A stretch of 63,865 bases of DNA, the filler included, from Octopus bimaculoides (lineage: Eukaryota), in assembly GCF_001194135.2 (NCBI RefSeq). It is 7 parts of 7 records of this genome, joined end to end, with 100 filler letters (N's around TTAATTAATTAA, not from the genome) between each part and the next. Parts side by side here need not be neighbours in the genome. Positions count along the whole stretch, not along the records: positions 29,852 to 43,376 come from NC_068998.1; positions 43,477 to 49,315 come from NC_068982.1; positions 49,416 to 59,405 come from NC_069004.1; 4 more parts are not named here. The stretch is one strand, 5' to 3'. Below the pieces are notes generated by a model. That model worked only from the letters and a program-made list of their open reading frames with translations. It made no database searches and was not told where the DNA came from. Both the position numbers and the translations under genes were made by a program. Every line of letters begins with the position of its first letter. The first letter of the stretch is position 1. Positions 39,164 to 52,844 of the stretch are shown in pieces.

Positions 39164-41238
39164 CCACAGATAGATATATCGGTACACAGAGTTTCTCCCT
39201 TTTTGAATGTGCATTGTAGGTGCATGTGTATGAACATACACGTATATATTTGTGCACATTATAGACTATACACACACCCATTCACAAGCAAACATATAGA
39301 CAATGCATTGTGAAATTGAAATTATATACTTTGAATTGAAACAATTATAAAAAAAAATAATAATAAAGATATCTTTGTTACGTATTTAGGAAATATCTAC
39401 ATGGGAGAAAAAATATCTGCATCTCAAAATGTATACATCAGATAACACTGAAAAGAAACAATATTACTCAATTTGCAAAATGTTGCTTGTAGTTCTTCTT
39501 GTACATGTTGTACTTGTAACAATTTTGTTTGCACATTTAAGAAATTTTCTTATGACAATTTTACATTCTCAAAAGAACAAATAGAGAATTTTTATTTTAT
39601 TTTAATTGAAAGCCAATAAACATTCTGAACATTTAGATTAAAAGGTCTTTTACATTTTAAATCTTTACATTTTTCTCTGTATTTGTTCTTTTTATTTTTT
39701 AAAGTTTTCTTTTTTTTTATTTTTGGAGGAATTTGAGGTTATTGTTTCACACACATGCTCACAAGAGCAATACAAAAATCTGTATCTTTTACTGGTTACA
39801 GCCATCTTGTTGTGGCCATACTAGGGCATCACCATGAAGTCTTTTCAACTTTGCTATGTGTAGTTCAATACATAAAGGATAATACTGAATAAATCCATTC
39901 CTACTTTAAGATAAAATAGAAAATGAAAAGGAATATGTTCTATTGGGATTTGGCGTTACTGTTATTAGAATGTTGTTAAAATTTTTAGGAGACACTTAAG
40001 CTTGTAAGTGCATGAAGGGATTAATTCTATATGCCTATTCAATATTTTGATTGATGTTTCAAGTTCAATAGCTTTTCTATGCTCCAATGGTTTCAGAAAG
40101 TATTTGATTGTATATTAGTTGACACTTTAGCTATGAGGCACCATGAGATATATTGCTATTTTTCAAACACCATTTTTGTTGCCATCTTTCTATCCAATTT
40201 TGATTTTTTTTTTTTTTTTTTGGATAACATTCTAAATGTATAGTTATGTATGATGTTAGACTCTGATTTTAAGTTGGTCCATAGTCATAGCATCAATGCT
40301 ATTTTGGTTCATCTTTGATGTTACAGTTGTGGCACATTTAAGTGATTTTCCAGGCTGTTTGCATTGACTAGATGGACAGAGTGAGAATGGAAACTACATT
40401 TCCATACCTACTGGTTGTGCTTTGGGGATTAAAATTATTAAATATTTTCTTATCATAAGTAGATATTAAAGCGCTAGCAAAATTCATTACCATTTAAACA
40501 TCTATTTTAACCAGGTTTGAACTAAAACTTTTTTTGTACTGTCCAGGAAGAAAATGGGTTCTTACAAGATGGAGAAAGATTTTTACTTATCAGTGTACTT
40601 ATATTTATAAAATACTATGGATTGTATGTCATGTTCTTTATGTCTAACTTCCTCACAAAGAGTGTAAGAGCTTCTATGAAACCACTAGATGCCAGCATGT
40701 TGCATATATTTGCTAAGTTGACTGTTAGTTCATCATAAGAGATAATGAGATTTGTTCAAACAATTTGATTTCTTTGAATTACACACTGGATGGTTTACAT
40801 TGTTGTCGAGATATAATATACAGTGGTTGGAATATTTTGTTAATAAGGTTGAATGTTACATCTAAATTACTTACTATTTTTAAGTATTACACCCTGTAAT
40901 TTATAGGTTCAAATCAGTGAACAGCTGATTTAGGCATTTCTGAATTCATTTGCTTGATACCCATTTATATTTTTGGAAACTAATAGACTATCATTTCTAT
41001 CAATTACTCCATTAATGATACAAAGTTCATTGTACATTAAATTTAGAATATATACCAATTTACCAATTTGTTTTAAAATTTCTAGGGAATTTCTGGCATC
41101 CATGCTTACTTCAAAGAAATTCATGTTATATCTTTTTTTTCATCTATCTGCATATCAATTTTCTGATATCCATGTTTGTGTGTATGTGTCATTATCTGTT
41201 ATTGATGATAGTATGGAGTTTTGTAAATTCTAGAGCCT

Positions 41239-41277
<39 letters not shown>

Positions 41278-41337
41278 TACATACACATACACATACACAC
41301 ACACTCAGAAAATAGATGAATATATTTCATGTACTTA

Positions 41338-41470
41338 TGTCCCCGTAACTTAGCTGTTCAGCAAAAGAGTCCGATAGAATAAGTACTAGGCTTACAAAGA
41401 ATAAGTCCCAGAGTTGATTTGTTCAACTTCAACATGGCCACTGTCAAATGACTGAATCAAGTAAAAGAAT
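41338..41470 (+). mobile_element. SINE B/C 3' fragment
   Basis: CCCCGTAACTTAG...GATAGAATAAGTACTAGGCTTACAAAGAATAAG...CATGGCC. Confidence 0.8.
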
Positions 41471-41816
41471 AAACGAACACAAGAATATATAACGATAGAG
41501 ATGGTAATTGGATGGGATAGCAGGCAAGAGACTGAATAGTTAAAGGATGGTTTGTGTTGAGTGAGTGTGATGGATGCCATATGAGTGACTTAGGGAAAGG
41601 AATAGCAGCTATCAATACATAAAGATAACGTTAGCTAGTGGGAGTTGGGGGCAGGTAGGTGTGTTGAATAAGAAGAGGACATGCTACAATTAACAAACAA
41701 AAATATAGGGATGATTTGACAGAAGGATGGTAATGGTTCACAGCACAGGGGAGAGAGAGACACTAAAGGCAAATACATATTTTCGAGTGGAGTGTATTGG
41801 ACGCCATCAGATTTAA

Positions 41817-42039
41817 CCCTTTTGTTACCATATCTATTTTGAGATGCTCTGGTGTTTCTTTCAATTAATTTTGAATATAACAAAGAATTTAGTAAAATAA
41901 CTTAGTTATCATTAAGCTGGTGTTAGGAACATAAATTGTGACTAAGGTTTGGTGGAAGATTTTAATTCAGAACTTTTGGAAACAAGACATTTGTACTACA
42001 GAGCCAGAGGCGGTTTCAGCCGGGTTGGTATCGAAAGGA
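41817..42039. mobile_element. piggyBac-type MITE (223 bp)
   Basis: TTAA flanks; TIRs CCCTTTTGTTACCA / TCCTTTCGATACCA. Confidence 0.75.
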
Positions 42040-42749
42040 TTAATGCAAAACTTCATTACTCAGACACCATGATGAGAGAGAGAGAGAGATACTAAGGCAG
42101 CTATTTGTCTGGTGATAAAAGAGAAAGAGAGAAAAATAAAAAGCATGTGATGGACAAATATAGAAATGGTTGATAGTGAAAGTGATGGATGTGAGTAAAG
42201 AGTGAGAAAGAACAAGGAAGTGAAATCTAGCTGCATAGAAAAGTTATATTACATGGCGAGTGAGTGATGGATGTCAATAAAGGAGTGACCTGAGGGTGAT
42301 GGGGGGTATTTACTAGCATTATTTACTAGCATAGTGGTAAGAGAAGGGGGTGTATCAGGTACCACAAGATCCAATGAAATCCCTCTTATTCAAGCATCAT
42401 GAGTTAAGAGAAGACAGGAGTATTGAAATCTAGGTAGTTGTAGAAGTATAGACAGATTTTAATGTTTTCTCTTATTTAACAAATTATATGTTATGGCAAA
42501 TGAGGGAAGGGTTGAAAGAGAGATGATATCAAATAAGTAATAGCAGCAGATGGCAAATTAACAGTAAAAAAATTGGTGAAATGACCATATATAGTTTTAA
42601 AATATATATCCCAACTTCCATCACTACCCACCTCCCATTTTAATATATGTTTCAAGCTTGCACAGGAATCAGATTTTCTCCAGTAATGTGTCCTGCCAAT
42701 TAATACAGTACACTGTCATCTCCACAAGCAGCAACAGCCTGAGAAAGGT

Positions 42750-42854
42750 GTAGTCCCACTGTAAGGCACCTTGGGCAAGTGTCTTCTACTATAGCCTTGG
42801 GCTGACCAATGCCTTGTGAGTGGATTTGGTAGACAGAAACTGAAAGAAGCCTGT

Positions 42855-42885
<31 letters not shown>

Positions 42886-43085
42886 TTGTGTGTGTGTGCG
42901 TGTGTGTGTCTATGTTTGTCCTACCATCGTTTGACAACTGATGTTGGAATGTTTACATCTCCATTACCAAGCGGTTCAGCAAAAGAGACCAATAGAAAAA
43001 GTGCTAGGCTTACAAAGAATAAGCTTTGGGGTTGATTTGTTCAACTAAAGGCGGTGCTCCAGCATGGCTGCAATCAAATGACTGA
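42750..43085 (+). mobile_element. Near-complete composite SINE B/C with internal (GT)n
   Basis: CORE-like CCTTGGGCAAGT, internal microsatellite, tail GGCGGTGCTCCAGCATGGC. Confidence 0.9.
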
Positions 43086-43245
43086 AACAAGTGGAAGAAT
43101 AAAGGAATGTCATCACAAGTAATCCTAGGTCTTCCTTTTCCATAAATTCCATAAGTTTATTTTAAATGCTTACAAGCTCTCATTCTCCATATGTATCACA
43201 TGTTTTTACAAGTGCAGTCTATAGACATGTCTGTATGTGCAGGTA

Positions 43246-43298
<53 letters not shown>

Positions 43299-43484
43299 GA
43301 TAATATGCTGAACCCAACTACTTGCAGACGGTGTATCCCGTTGAATTCATTAATTTAATTCATAGCAAAAGTGACANNNNNNNNNNNNNNNNNNNNNNNN
43401 NNNNNNNNNNNNNNNNNNNNTTAATTAATTAANNNNNNNNNNNNNNNNNNNNNNNNNNNNNNNNNNNNNNNNNNNNTATATATA

Positions 43485-43527
43485 TAGTTAGATAGATAGA
43501 TAGGTAGATAGAGAGAGAGTGAGAGAT

Positions 43528-43572
<45 letters not shown>
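43485..43572. repeat. (GATA)n/(GA)n microsatellite (another (GA)n at 44630-44966)
   Basis: Direct reading. Confidence 0.95.
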
Positions 43573-43575
<3 letters not shown>

Positions 43576-44668
43576 AAAGAGATGAGTAATTGATAGACAT
43601 AGAAAAATAGATACAGAAACATATCTATATCACTGATCAATACTCACACCTGAATACAGTGATACACATATATTGAATCTATGCACGCACATAATAACTC
43701 TTATGGTTATGTAAGTCTATATGTATGTGTATATCGATATCTTGGAGCAATAACACTTTCTTAAACGGAGATAAGACCCGGCTGTAGCACCAACTGATTT
43801 AAGATTTTAAGACTTATCAATACGACTTACAATGCTATATACAAAGCGGGAAATTAAACTGAAATTCATTTAATGACACATTTTGGAAACTGATGCATTG
43901 TCTGTTGGTGTTCTTTAAATTAGTGTCTAGATTTGTTTCGATTAAGCAAAGCATTATCTAAATCTCTTTTGGCTCTGAATTAATCTTTTATTTCTTTTCA
44001 TAACGTGTTTCTCTATATAAAGTTGTCTCCTTAATTGAATCAAGTCTATGTGCGATCTGGAACATCACCTACACGCAACAAATCAATAATCTAGCGAAAT
44101 GGAATAAGGTTCTGCAGAATTTTATTTATTTATCCGTTTAATTATTTCTTTAAGTATTTATGTATCAATTTTCTGGCTTTAGTTGTTGGAATCAAGTGAA
44201 TAACATGCTCATTGAATTATCCTGTGACTGATCACACTGATGTTACGTGTTTCTTGATATATACCTCAGGCAGAATCAGGTTAACGCTGGAGCTGTGATA
44301 AGTCTGCATCTTTAAAATATCCGACAATTTTCACTATTGTTTCCTTCTAACAAAACCTGAACTCATGATATGGAGCGATCATGTCTGTGTAAATTCATAT
44401 TTGCTCATGATGTGTGAAGTGGAATTGCACCCAAGTTGATTTTTGTGAGCGTGAATCGAACTTTTTAATCATTATACAATATTATGTCTTGGTTACAGCA
44501 ACTTTCCCGAATGATATAACACGATTTTCAAGAAAAGAATAGTTTTATGCCGTAATTACCTATATATATTTATCATTATTTTCCTTAGTAATAATATCAT
44601 GAATTAATGAGCGCACGCGTGTGTGAGTGAGAGACAGAGAGAGAGAGAGAGAAAGACACAGAGAGAGA

Positions 44669-44707
<39 letters not shown>

Positions 44708-44899
44708 GAAGAGAGAGAGANNNNNNNNNNNNNNNNNNNNNNNNNNNNNNNNNNNNNNNNNNNNNNNNNNNNNNNNNNNNNNNNNNNNNNNNNNNNNNNN
44801 NNNNNNNNNNNNNNNNNNNNNNNNNNNNNNNNNNNNNNNNNNNNNNNNNNNNNNNNNNNNNNNNNNNNNNNNNNNNNNNNNNNNNNNNNNNNNNNNNNN

Positions 44900-44967
<68 letters not shown>

Positions 44968-45732
44968 TGCCTGTATATGTATATTTCCTTATGACTATAC
45001 ATTTGTTTTTCTTTTTACCTTTTCAAAATTGTGGACGATCACTAAAAAATGGGGCAAGACTGTTTTATTTAATTCAATGTAACTCTTCTACCTTGAGGTT
45101 ACCTAGATTTTTTGATGTTTGCATGTATGTTTTCGTGTTTGTATGCATGTTTTCGAATATGTGTATGGAGAAACGTAGAGTCATGAGTGTGTGAATCACG
45201 CTAGAAACACAAATATGCGTTCATATTTATATGCGATAGTGTGCATAAGTTTCCTCAGGTATTTCAGGATCAGAATCACTTAAATGTCATGCAAATATTG
45301 ACTGTTCCTCTGGTCAATTGTATGTGTAGAATGCGATCAGTCTGCTGTGTTATCTTTAGGATATTTCAAGTCATTCTAAATTCCTATGCTGATCTGCTGT
45401 TGGATTAACCACTTCACTTATGAAAATACGAAGAGGAGAAAATATCACTTGTTAGGGTTATCTCTAAAATATTCTACAGAAGTTATGGACAACACTGATT
45501 TCTTCTTGCATCTGACGTTTCGGATATGTAGTGTGCCGGCGGACTACGTTCACCACTTACAGCTACCAGACGTCATCCGCAGTAAATGAAGCTCGGTCAA
45601 TGGATCTACATTTAAAATTCATCGGTGCACATTAAGTATATTCTAAATGACCAATACGGAAGACAGTGTACTGGAAACTTTATTCATGGCAATGATCGTT
45701 TCGACATACACCCGCACTGCTTCTTAAAGAAT

Positions 45733-46026
45733 GTGGAATGTTATAATGAAATCGAATGCAACCCCACAGTGCAGAACAAATCACACCAGGTGACATAATA
45801 GGTTTCTAAGTTACAAAATTTACATTTCGTTCATAAGTGTAGCTGGATGATGCTGTTAGTATTGGTGTGTTGGGAACCGACAACTACCAACACACCAATA
45901 CTTAAAACTTCATCCAGCTGCACCTACGAGCGAAATGTAAATTTTATAACTAAGCAGCCTATTATGTCACCTGGTGAGGTTTCCTCTGCACTGTGGGGCG
46001 CATTCGGCTTCGTTGTATCGTTCCAC
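45733..46026. mobile_element. Foldback (palindromic) element, probable MITE
   Basis: Arms 45733-45873 and 45887-46026 are imperfect inverted repeats around a 13-nt loop. Confidence 0.8.
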
Positions 46027-46140
46027 GCCTAACAACTATCAGTGAGCAATGTAGTAGTATGCCGAAAGTATCATTGTGATGAATACATTTTCCAGTACAC
46101 TGTCTTCCCTATCGATCATTTAGAGCGTATATACATACAT

Positions 46141-46183
<43 letters not shown>

Positions 46184-47854
46184 NNNNNNNNNNNNNNNNN
46201 NNNNNNNNNNNNNNNNNNNNNNNNNNNNNNNNNNNNNNNNNNNNNNNNNNNNNNNNNNNNNNNNNNNNNNNNNNNNNNNNNNNNNNNNNNNNNNNNNNNN
46301 NNNNNNNNNNNNNNNNNNNNNNNNNNNNNNNNNNNNNNNNNNNNNNNNNNNNNNNNNNNNNNNNNNNNNNNNNNNNNNNNNNNNNNNNNNNNNNNNNNNN
46401 NNNNNNNNNNNNNNNNNNNNNNNNNNNNNNNNNNNNNNNNNNNNNNNNNNNNNNNNNNNNNNNNNNNNNNNNNNNNNNNNNNNNNNNNNNNNNNNNNNNN
46501 NNNNNNNNNNNNNNNNNNNNNNNNNNNNNNNNNNNNNNNNNNNNNNNNNNNNNNNNNNNNNNNNNNNNNNNNNNNNNNNNNNNNNNNNNNNNNNNNNNNN
46601 NNNNNNNNNNNNNNNNNNNNNNNNNNNNNNNNNNNNNNNNNNNNNNNNNNNNNNNNNNNNNNNNNNNNNNNNNNNNNNNNNNNNNNNNNNNNNNNNNNNN
46701 NNNNNNNNNNNNNNNNNNNNNNNNNNNNNNNNNNNNNNNNNNNNNNNNNNNNNNNNNNNNNNNNNNNNNNNNNNNNNNNNNNNNNNNNNNNNNNNNNNNN
46801 NNNNNNNNNNNNNNNNNNNNNNNNNNNNNNNNNNNNNNNNNNNNNNNNNNNNNNNNNNNNNNNNNNNNNNNNNNNNNNNNNNNNNNNNNNNNNNNNNNNN
46901 NNNNNNNNNNNNNNNNNNNNNNNNNNNNNNNNNNNNNNNNNNNNNNNNNNNNNNNNNNNNNNNNNNNNNNNNNNNNNNNNNNNNNNNNNNNNNNNNNNNN
47001 NNNNNNNNNNNNNNNNNNNNNNNNNNNNNNTATATATATATATATATATGCATATATGGAGAGGGAGAGAGATACATACATACGTACGTACATAGACAGT
47101 CGGACAAGTAGAATTTTGATTTGATAATCATAAAGTATAATTATGATGTTCCTGTAAACCTCTGTGACTAGGAGGTGGATAAGGACCTTAAAATGTTTCC
47201 CTCTCTTTTATAATAGAAATAATCTTGAGAATTCAACTCTTTTATGTCTTTGCTGAAACTCGATCAAACATTCTAAATAAGAAGTATGTGCTTGCAACAA
47301 GGTACATATTTTGTGAAATTTCTTAGTCAATCATATTAGGATCCTTAAATTACTGATATATATGTCCTCAAATTTGGTATGTGAATATCGCGGATATGAA
47401 GACGTAAGAAATCCCTGTAAATCATTTTATCCGGAGCTCAGCTAATTCTATTATTTCTTCTCCTTTAGGAGTAATTAATATCATAAAAAAGTTTCTCGAG
47501 TTATTTTCTCTCTATGTACGTATATACTTTCTTTGGTAACAATAACAGTCAGATATTTGTTATTCTCGGGAAATATATTGGTTATGACTTTCCTTTTAAA
47601 AACTTTTTCAATAAGGAAATAGTGAAATTAATTAAATACAACATGAATGAGATTTTTAATAAAATATGTTATAACTGTATAAATAAAAAAATATATACAA
47701 CAAATCTTGAATACTAGTAATAGAATCCACTTTTGGATGATTTACTTTGAATATTTTCTGTTTGAAAATTTTATTAATATTCAACGAGTAAATTACAAAG
47801 CGACCTCCGACATATTCAACAAATAATTCACATGAAGAATATTCTTTTCTTCTC

Positions 47855-48052
47855 TAGGCACAAGGCCCGAAATTTTGGAGAAGGGGGGGCAGTCAATTAG
47901 ATCAACCCTAGTACACAACTGGTACTTATTATTTCGACTTCGAAAGGATGAAAGGCAAAGTCGACCTCAGCGGAATTTGGACTCAGAACGGAAAGACAAA
48001 CGAAATACTTCTAAGCATTACGCCCGGCGTGCTAACGTTTCTGCCAGCTCAC
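47855..48052 (-). mobile_element. SINE family A
   Basis: Full head-to-tail match on the reverse strand. Confidence 0.85.
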
Positions 48053-48544
48053 CGTCTTATTCACATGGAGAATATTGATAATACAATTTTCGATATTCTG
48101 TTTCTATGTGTGTCACTATGAATACCAACTATACGTTTATAATTTTAAAAGGACCTGTCAAGTCGCTAGAAAATGGGAGGGGTTCGTTCCTCTGCTTACA
48201 ATGTATGTCGGGTGCAGATTGGATCGCTAATTAGATCGAGAGGCGACCTCTTAGAGTTAAAAATGGTAGTCACATTGGTTCGTACGGAACGATTATGTTG
48301 AAGCAGCAACAAGCATTACTTGTCAGTTACTGCTTCCATTTCTCAAAGAGATTTTCTAACTAGGTTTTTTGAGGTTTGTTTTTGCTTTTCTCTTCTGTTT
48401 TTTGTTCTGTGTGTGCCATAAATATCGCCATCCGTTAGAGAAAAAATTTGTAGTTTGGAATCAGTAGTTCTTTGACTGCTATTTCTAAATTCTCAGTATG
48501 TTGGAGAAGCAACTCATGCTAATCCCTGTATATTTATGATTATA

Positions 48545-49275
48545 TATATATTCCTGTAGTTTCAGCTCAGAGCTGCGGCCATGCTGATGCACCGCCGTTT
48601 TGCTACACTGCTATTACTGAGAGCCTCCTCCTATATGTGACACTTGGTGAAGAATGGGGGTTGATGTAGCTACCCTCATTTGCACCTCTTGCCGTAAGGT
48701 AGGTTGATCTGGGACTCTCGAGAGGAAGGGGGTCCAGCTTTGATTTAAAAACACCTACATCTACTTTGTGCAGGTTCCTCACCGTCTTTGGGAGAACATT
48801 AAAAGGCTAATAGACCCCTGAAACCCAGGCTGTTGCAGTAACTTGTCCTGAAACGCGATGGCGTTGCTGGGATCTTTGGCACTATGCAGTGTCGTTCCGT
48901 TCTGGCATTGGTGTAGCTTTCAATGCAACAATTTAGCATAATTCATTCCAGGATCTTTCAGATGTATATTACTGCACACCTCTCCCGTCTTCTCTCCAGG
49001 GAGTAGAGTCTTAGATGTTTCAGATTTTCCCAGTAGCTGAGCAGTTGCAAAGATACGATCTTATTTGTGAATCTTCTCAGAATTACTTCAAGGTCCGCTG
49101 TTAATTTCACACTGGTGGGTGGGCATAGCTGTGAGCAGTAATCTAGGCGGCTGAAGACGAATGTCCTCCAGAGGACCATCATGATTTTCTGATCTCTGGT
49201 TTTGAATGTTCCCGAGATCCATCCATCAAGCTGACTGCACTTTGCCGCCATCCTGGCAATGGCGATACTGGTAAT
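48545..49275 (-). mobile_element. Second, more decayed CR1-group LINE 3' fragment
   Basis: SRLDYCSQLCPP...SYWENLKHLRLYSLERRRER...ESYTNARTERHCIVP...YCNSLGF; same terminal motif as 24339-24377. Confidence 0.88.
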
Positions 49276-49277
49276 GG

Positions 49278-49315
<38 letters not shown>

Positions 49316-49647
49316 NNNNNNNNNNNNNNNNNNNNNNNNNNNNNNNNNNNNNNNNNNNNTTAATTAATTAANNNNNNNNNNNNNNNNNNNNNNNNNNNNN
49401 NNNNNNNNNNNNNNNAACGCTTTTGATGCTAGGTTTGCGAAAGGCAGGGTGGCCGGGAGTTAAATGGCAGTAGTGACAAGGAACTTATTTATCAAACTGA
49501 TCTCTACTCAGAGATAATTGGACTCGTCACTTGAGCATTAAGCACTTTGGTCAGAGGTGCAATAAATTACTGTTCTCCCTCCCTCACCATCTTCAACTAA
49601 CTGCCCAGTACCTAGTTGTTTCGGCTATCTATTATGAAGTAATGGAA

Positions 49648-49862
49648 GGTGGCGAGCTGGCAGAAACATTAGCACGCCGGGCAAAATGCTTAGCGGTATT
49701 TCGTCTGCCACTACGTTCTGAGTTCAAATTCCACCGGGGGTTGACTTTGCTTTTCATCATTTCGGGGCCGATAAATTAAGTACCAGTGAAGCACTGAGGT
49801 CGACGTAATCGACTAGCCCCTTATCCCCAAATTTCAGGCCTCTTGTGCCTGTAGTAGAAAGG
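49648..49862 (+). mobile_element. SINE family A
   Basis: GGTGGCGAGCTGGCAGAAAC through the tail TGTGCCTGTAGTAGAAAGG. Confidence 0.88.
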
Positions 49863-51639
49863 ATTATGAAGTAATGGTGATACCATTTAAACTCAAGTAC
49901 GAAGCTGGCTGTAAGTGTTTCTATCATCGTCCTCAGGGCCGCAGGAGAACCTAAGATCAGCGCTGTTAATTGCATAGTGTTCCCACTATTTACACTGATC
50001 TGTTACACCAACTTACAGTCCCGACTTAAAGCTCGGATTGATCGGACACTGTCGCCCACGTATCCTGGACACCGACACGCAGTGCACTGCCGGCTGAAGA
50101 AACACAAGCAACTCTTTTGGATGTTATTTTTGCACCTATTGACTCTACCTGCTATGATACTCTCCTTACACAAATATCCCAGCTGTAGAAATGTGTACTA
50201 AACATTCATAAGTAGACATGGTTTCCCCCCACTATAACACCAAAGAATGACAACTATTTCTTTTGCTATCAAGTTACTATATCTATAAATACAATCACAC
50301 TATATACATATCACCAAGGTATTCTTTTACAAAACCCTTTTATTTTTGCTTCTTTTTAACAATTTTTTTTCTTATGTATTGTTTGTTTCTGGAAATATTA
50401 TTTTTATTACTCCTACCATTCCTCACACTCGTATATCTCTATTACCTTTTTCTTTTTTATATTTATTTTGCTCCAATTCCCTTTGGTTTCTATCGGGACG
50501 TATAATGACCTTGGGAAAAGCATGAACCTCATAACAACTCTTGTCCACGAAGGGAATATGATAACTTGCTTTGATCACAAAATATTCGTAATAGATTGCT
50601 TCTTGTACCAATTCTTGGTGGAAATAAATATTTATTTTTGCAGTCATCCATCTTATCTACAAATGGTTAACTGGAACCAATCAAATTTAATTTAATAAAT
50701 CGCAAAGTCACTTTAATCCATTAAAAGTTCACGCTTAATGACCCCCCCCCTCTCATTGCTCCTTTAATTGATGTCATTTTGATTAATTGTAATTTCTAGG
50801 TAAGTATGCTAGTATCCACTTAACTATTAGTTTTTTAGTCAGCAAGCGTCCCTTGGTATTTCTCTTCAGTCAATCATCAGATGTGTACACATGTTTCAGT
50901 GATATCACTGTTTCCGAAATGCAATTATTGAGTTTGCTTCAATGATATCGCTATGATATCGTTTATTTCACTGATATTAATATGTATTTAGGATAGACAG
51001 TTTCTGTGTTTAAGGCGGATTACTATTCATTTTAACACTATTACAATGACCTACTAGTAATAACACTTCTCTAAACTCTTATATTATTTTTTCTTATATT
51101 TGATTAGGGTAATCTTCCCCGAAATATTATAGAAGCATTTAACAACCTATGTCGAGTAATACAATACCTTTTCTTTGCTTTTATTTATTGGTGTCACCTT
51201 AGATATTTTATTTAACGGTTTTCTAAAAAGACGTATCTGTTATAATGTGTTTAGGTTCTACAATTACTGAGTTTCTAACTTGTGTTTAAGATGCAATAAT
51301 AAAAAAAATAGGTCTTTAGTAAATAAAGTTATGGATTTTTTCTCATTCATATCAATAGGTGCATAAGTTAATGTTATAACGATTATAACAAAGAGAAATT
51401 TCCAAGTGAGTAGAGTTTGCATGTAAATTTCCTTCTATTGGTTGAAGCCAGTTCATTGGTACCACAAGAGTCAAAGAGGGAGTTGCTATATGATCACGTA
51501 ATCTCTTAGATATAGCAACTGATCAGCTCATATCACATTCTACCGTTCTAAAAAAAATGAAAGACACCCTGGATAAAGTATATCTGAAGAAAGAAAGGAG
51601 AGGATTGGGACATGGGACGTTTTTGATAATAGGTCAGTT

Positions 51640-51663
51640 GGGTTAGGGTTAGGGTTAGGGTTA
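51640..51663 (+). repeat. (GGGTTA)4 telomere-type repeat
   Basis: Direct reading. Confidence 0.9.
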
Positions 51664-51745
51664 AACAACTAGGACGACCGATGCTACCAATGTTCTAGAG
51701 AAGAGCATAAACATCACCAAATCTCACTGACGTTCCCTATAAATA

Positions 51746-51966
51746 TGTGGTCTTCTGCTGAAAAGTTCCTGGCTTTAAGGTTATCGCGAAAGGCCTGGTT
51801 GGGAGGCGCCAACCTTCTGAGTTCTTTTACAGGGCTAGGAAAAACTGAAGGACCGCTGTAATAAGAGTGTGAATCTGAGAGGGGAATATTTTGAATAAAA
51901 TCATAATTAACTGATGCTCCTGTGTTTTCTTTTAACCAAACCCAGGAACTTTTCAGCTCCCTCTCG
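51746..51966 (+). mobile_element. Mariner-derived MITE retaining the transposase C-terminus
   Basis: Perfect 16-bp IR GCTGAAAAGTTCCTGG (51757-51772 / 51942-51957), TA flanks, relic ...LKDRCNKSVNLRGEYFE*. Confidence 0.8.
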
Positions 51967-51995
51967 TAGTATGTAACGACAATACTTTGTATTTA

Positions 51996-52238
51996 GAGCA
52001 TTGCTAAGTGTATTTCGTTACGTGTTTAGATATTACATTACACGTGTTTAGATTATAGAACTACTGTGCTATTTCACAACCAACCCATTTATTCAGGACA
52101 CACCTAGCTTTATTTCGTTAAGTGATTAGACATTACCTTACACATCGTTTAGGATATAGAATTACGATGTGGTATTCCACAATAAGAGCATATATTCAGA
52201 GCATTGCTAACTTTATTTTACAACATGTTTACATATTG
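51996..52238. repeat. Degenerate minisatellite, period about 101 bp, 2.4 copies
   Basis: GAGCATTGCTAA at 51996 and 52199; shared TATTTCGTTA...TTAGA(T/C)ATTAC(A/C)TTACAC blocks. Confidence 0.7.
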
Positions 52239-52844
52239 TATGTGTGTTTTTTTTTTTTTTTTTTGATATTATCTACATAAATTTAGAATAAAATTCTTGT
52301 TGGAATGCCGTGATGGGTCTAGATTACGACAATAAAGTATTTCTTTCTGAAGCTGTCAATCTTTACATACATACATAATGCATACATACATACACACATA
52401 CACACACATATATATAATTAACTCGTTTGATTCTATTGTGAGATGCTCTCCAGTCAGAGAAACGGGAGGGAAATCTGATATTTATTGATAAAACCATAAC
52501 AAGATAAGGCTAACCACAAACGTATCTCGATCTTCTTCCATCAGTTATCAAAAATGCAACCATTATTTATGAAGTGATGATTAATCTAACAAAACAGTTA
52601 ACGCTTTCCACCATCAATTTATTAGAGAGAGAAGAGAAGGAGATGGAGGTTAACTAATTCAAACTAAAGACATTATCAGTGCTGGGACATCTTTCATCAT
52701 AAATCTTGAAACATCCTTAACGTTACCACAACAGTTTAGGTGTCTTAAATAAGCAAGCTTTGTACCACTTCCACGCGAGCTTACGCAATGAGACTATCTT
52801 CCCTGTTTCTGTCATTTCCAAGCTCTCCGTATATCTCGTGGTGA

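Noticed and set aside
40255-40715. Possible MULE/SWIM transposase relic (SDFK...NAIL..LWH; CKSFYETTRCQH)
   Set aside because: Needs several frameshifts and stops and has no TIRs; too weak without an HMM search.
48180-48330. Promoter-like patch (two ATTGG, TCAGTT), and a similar one near 13330-13400
   Set aside because: Only short common motifs with no linked exon.
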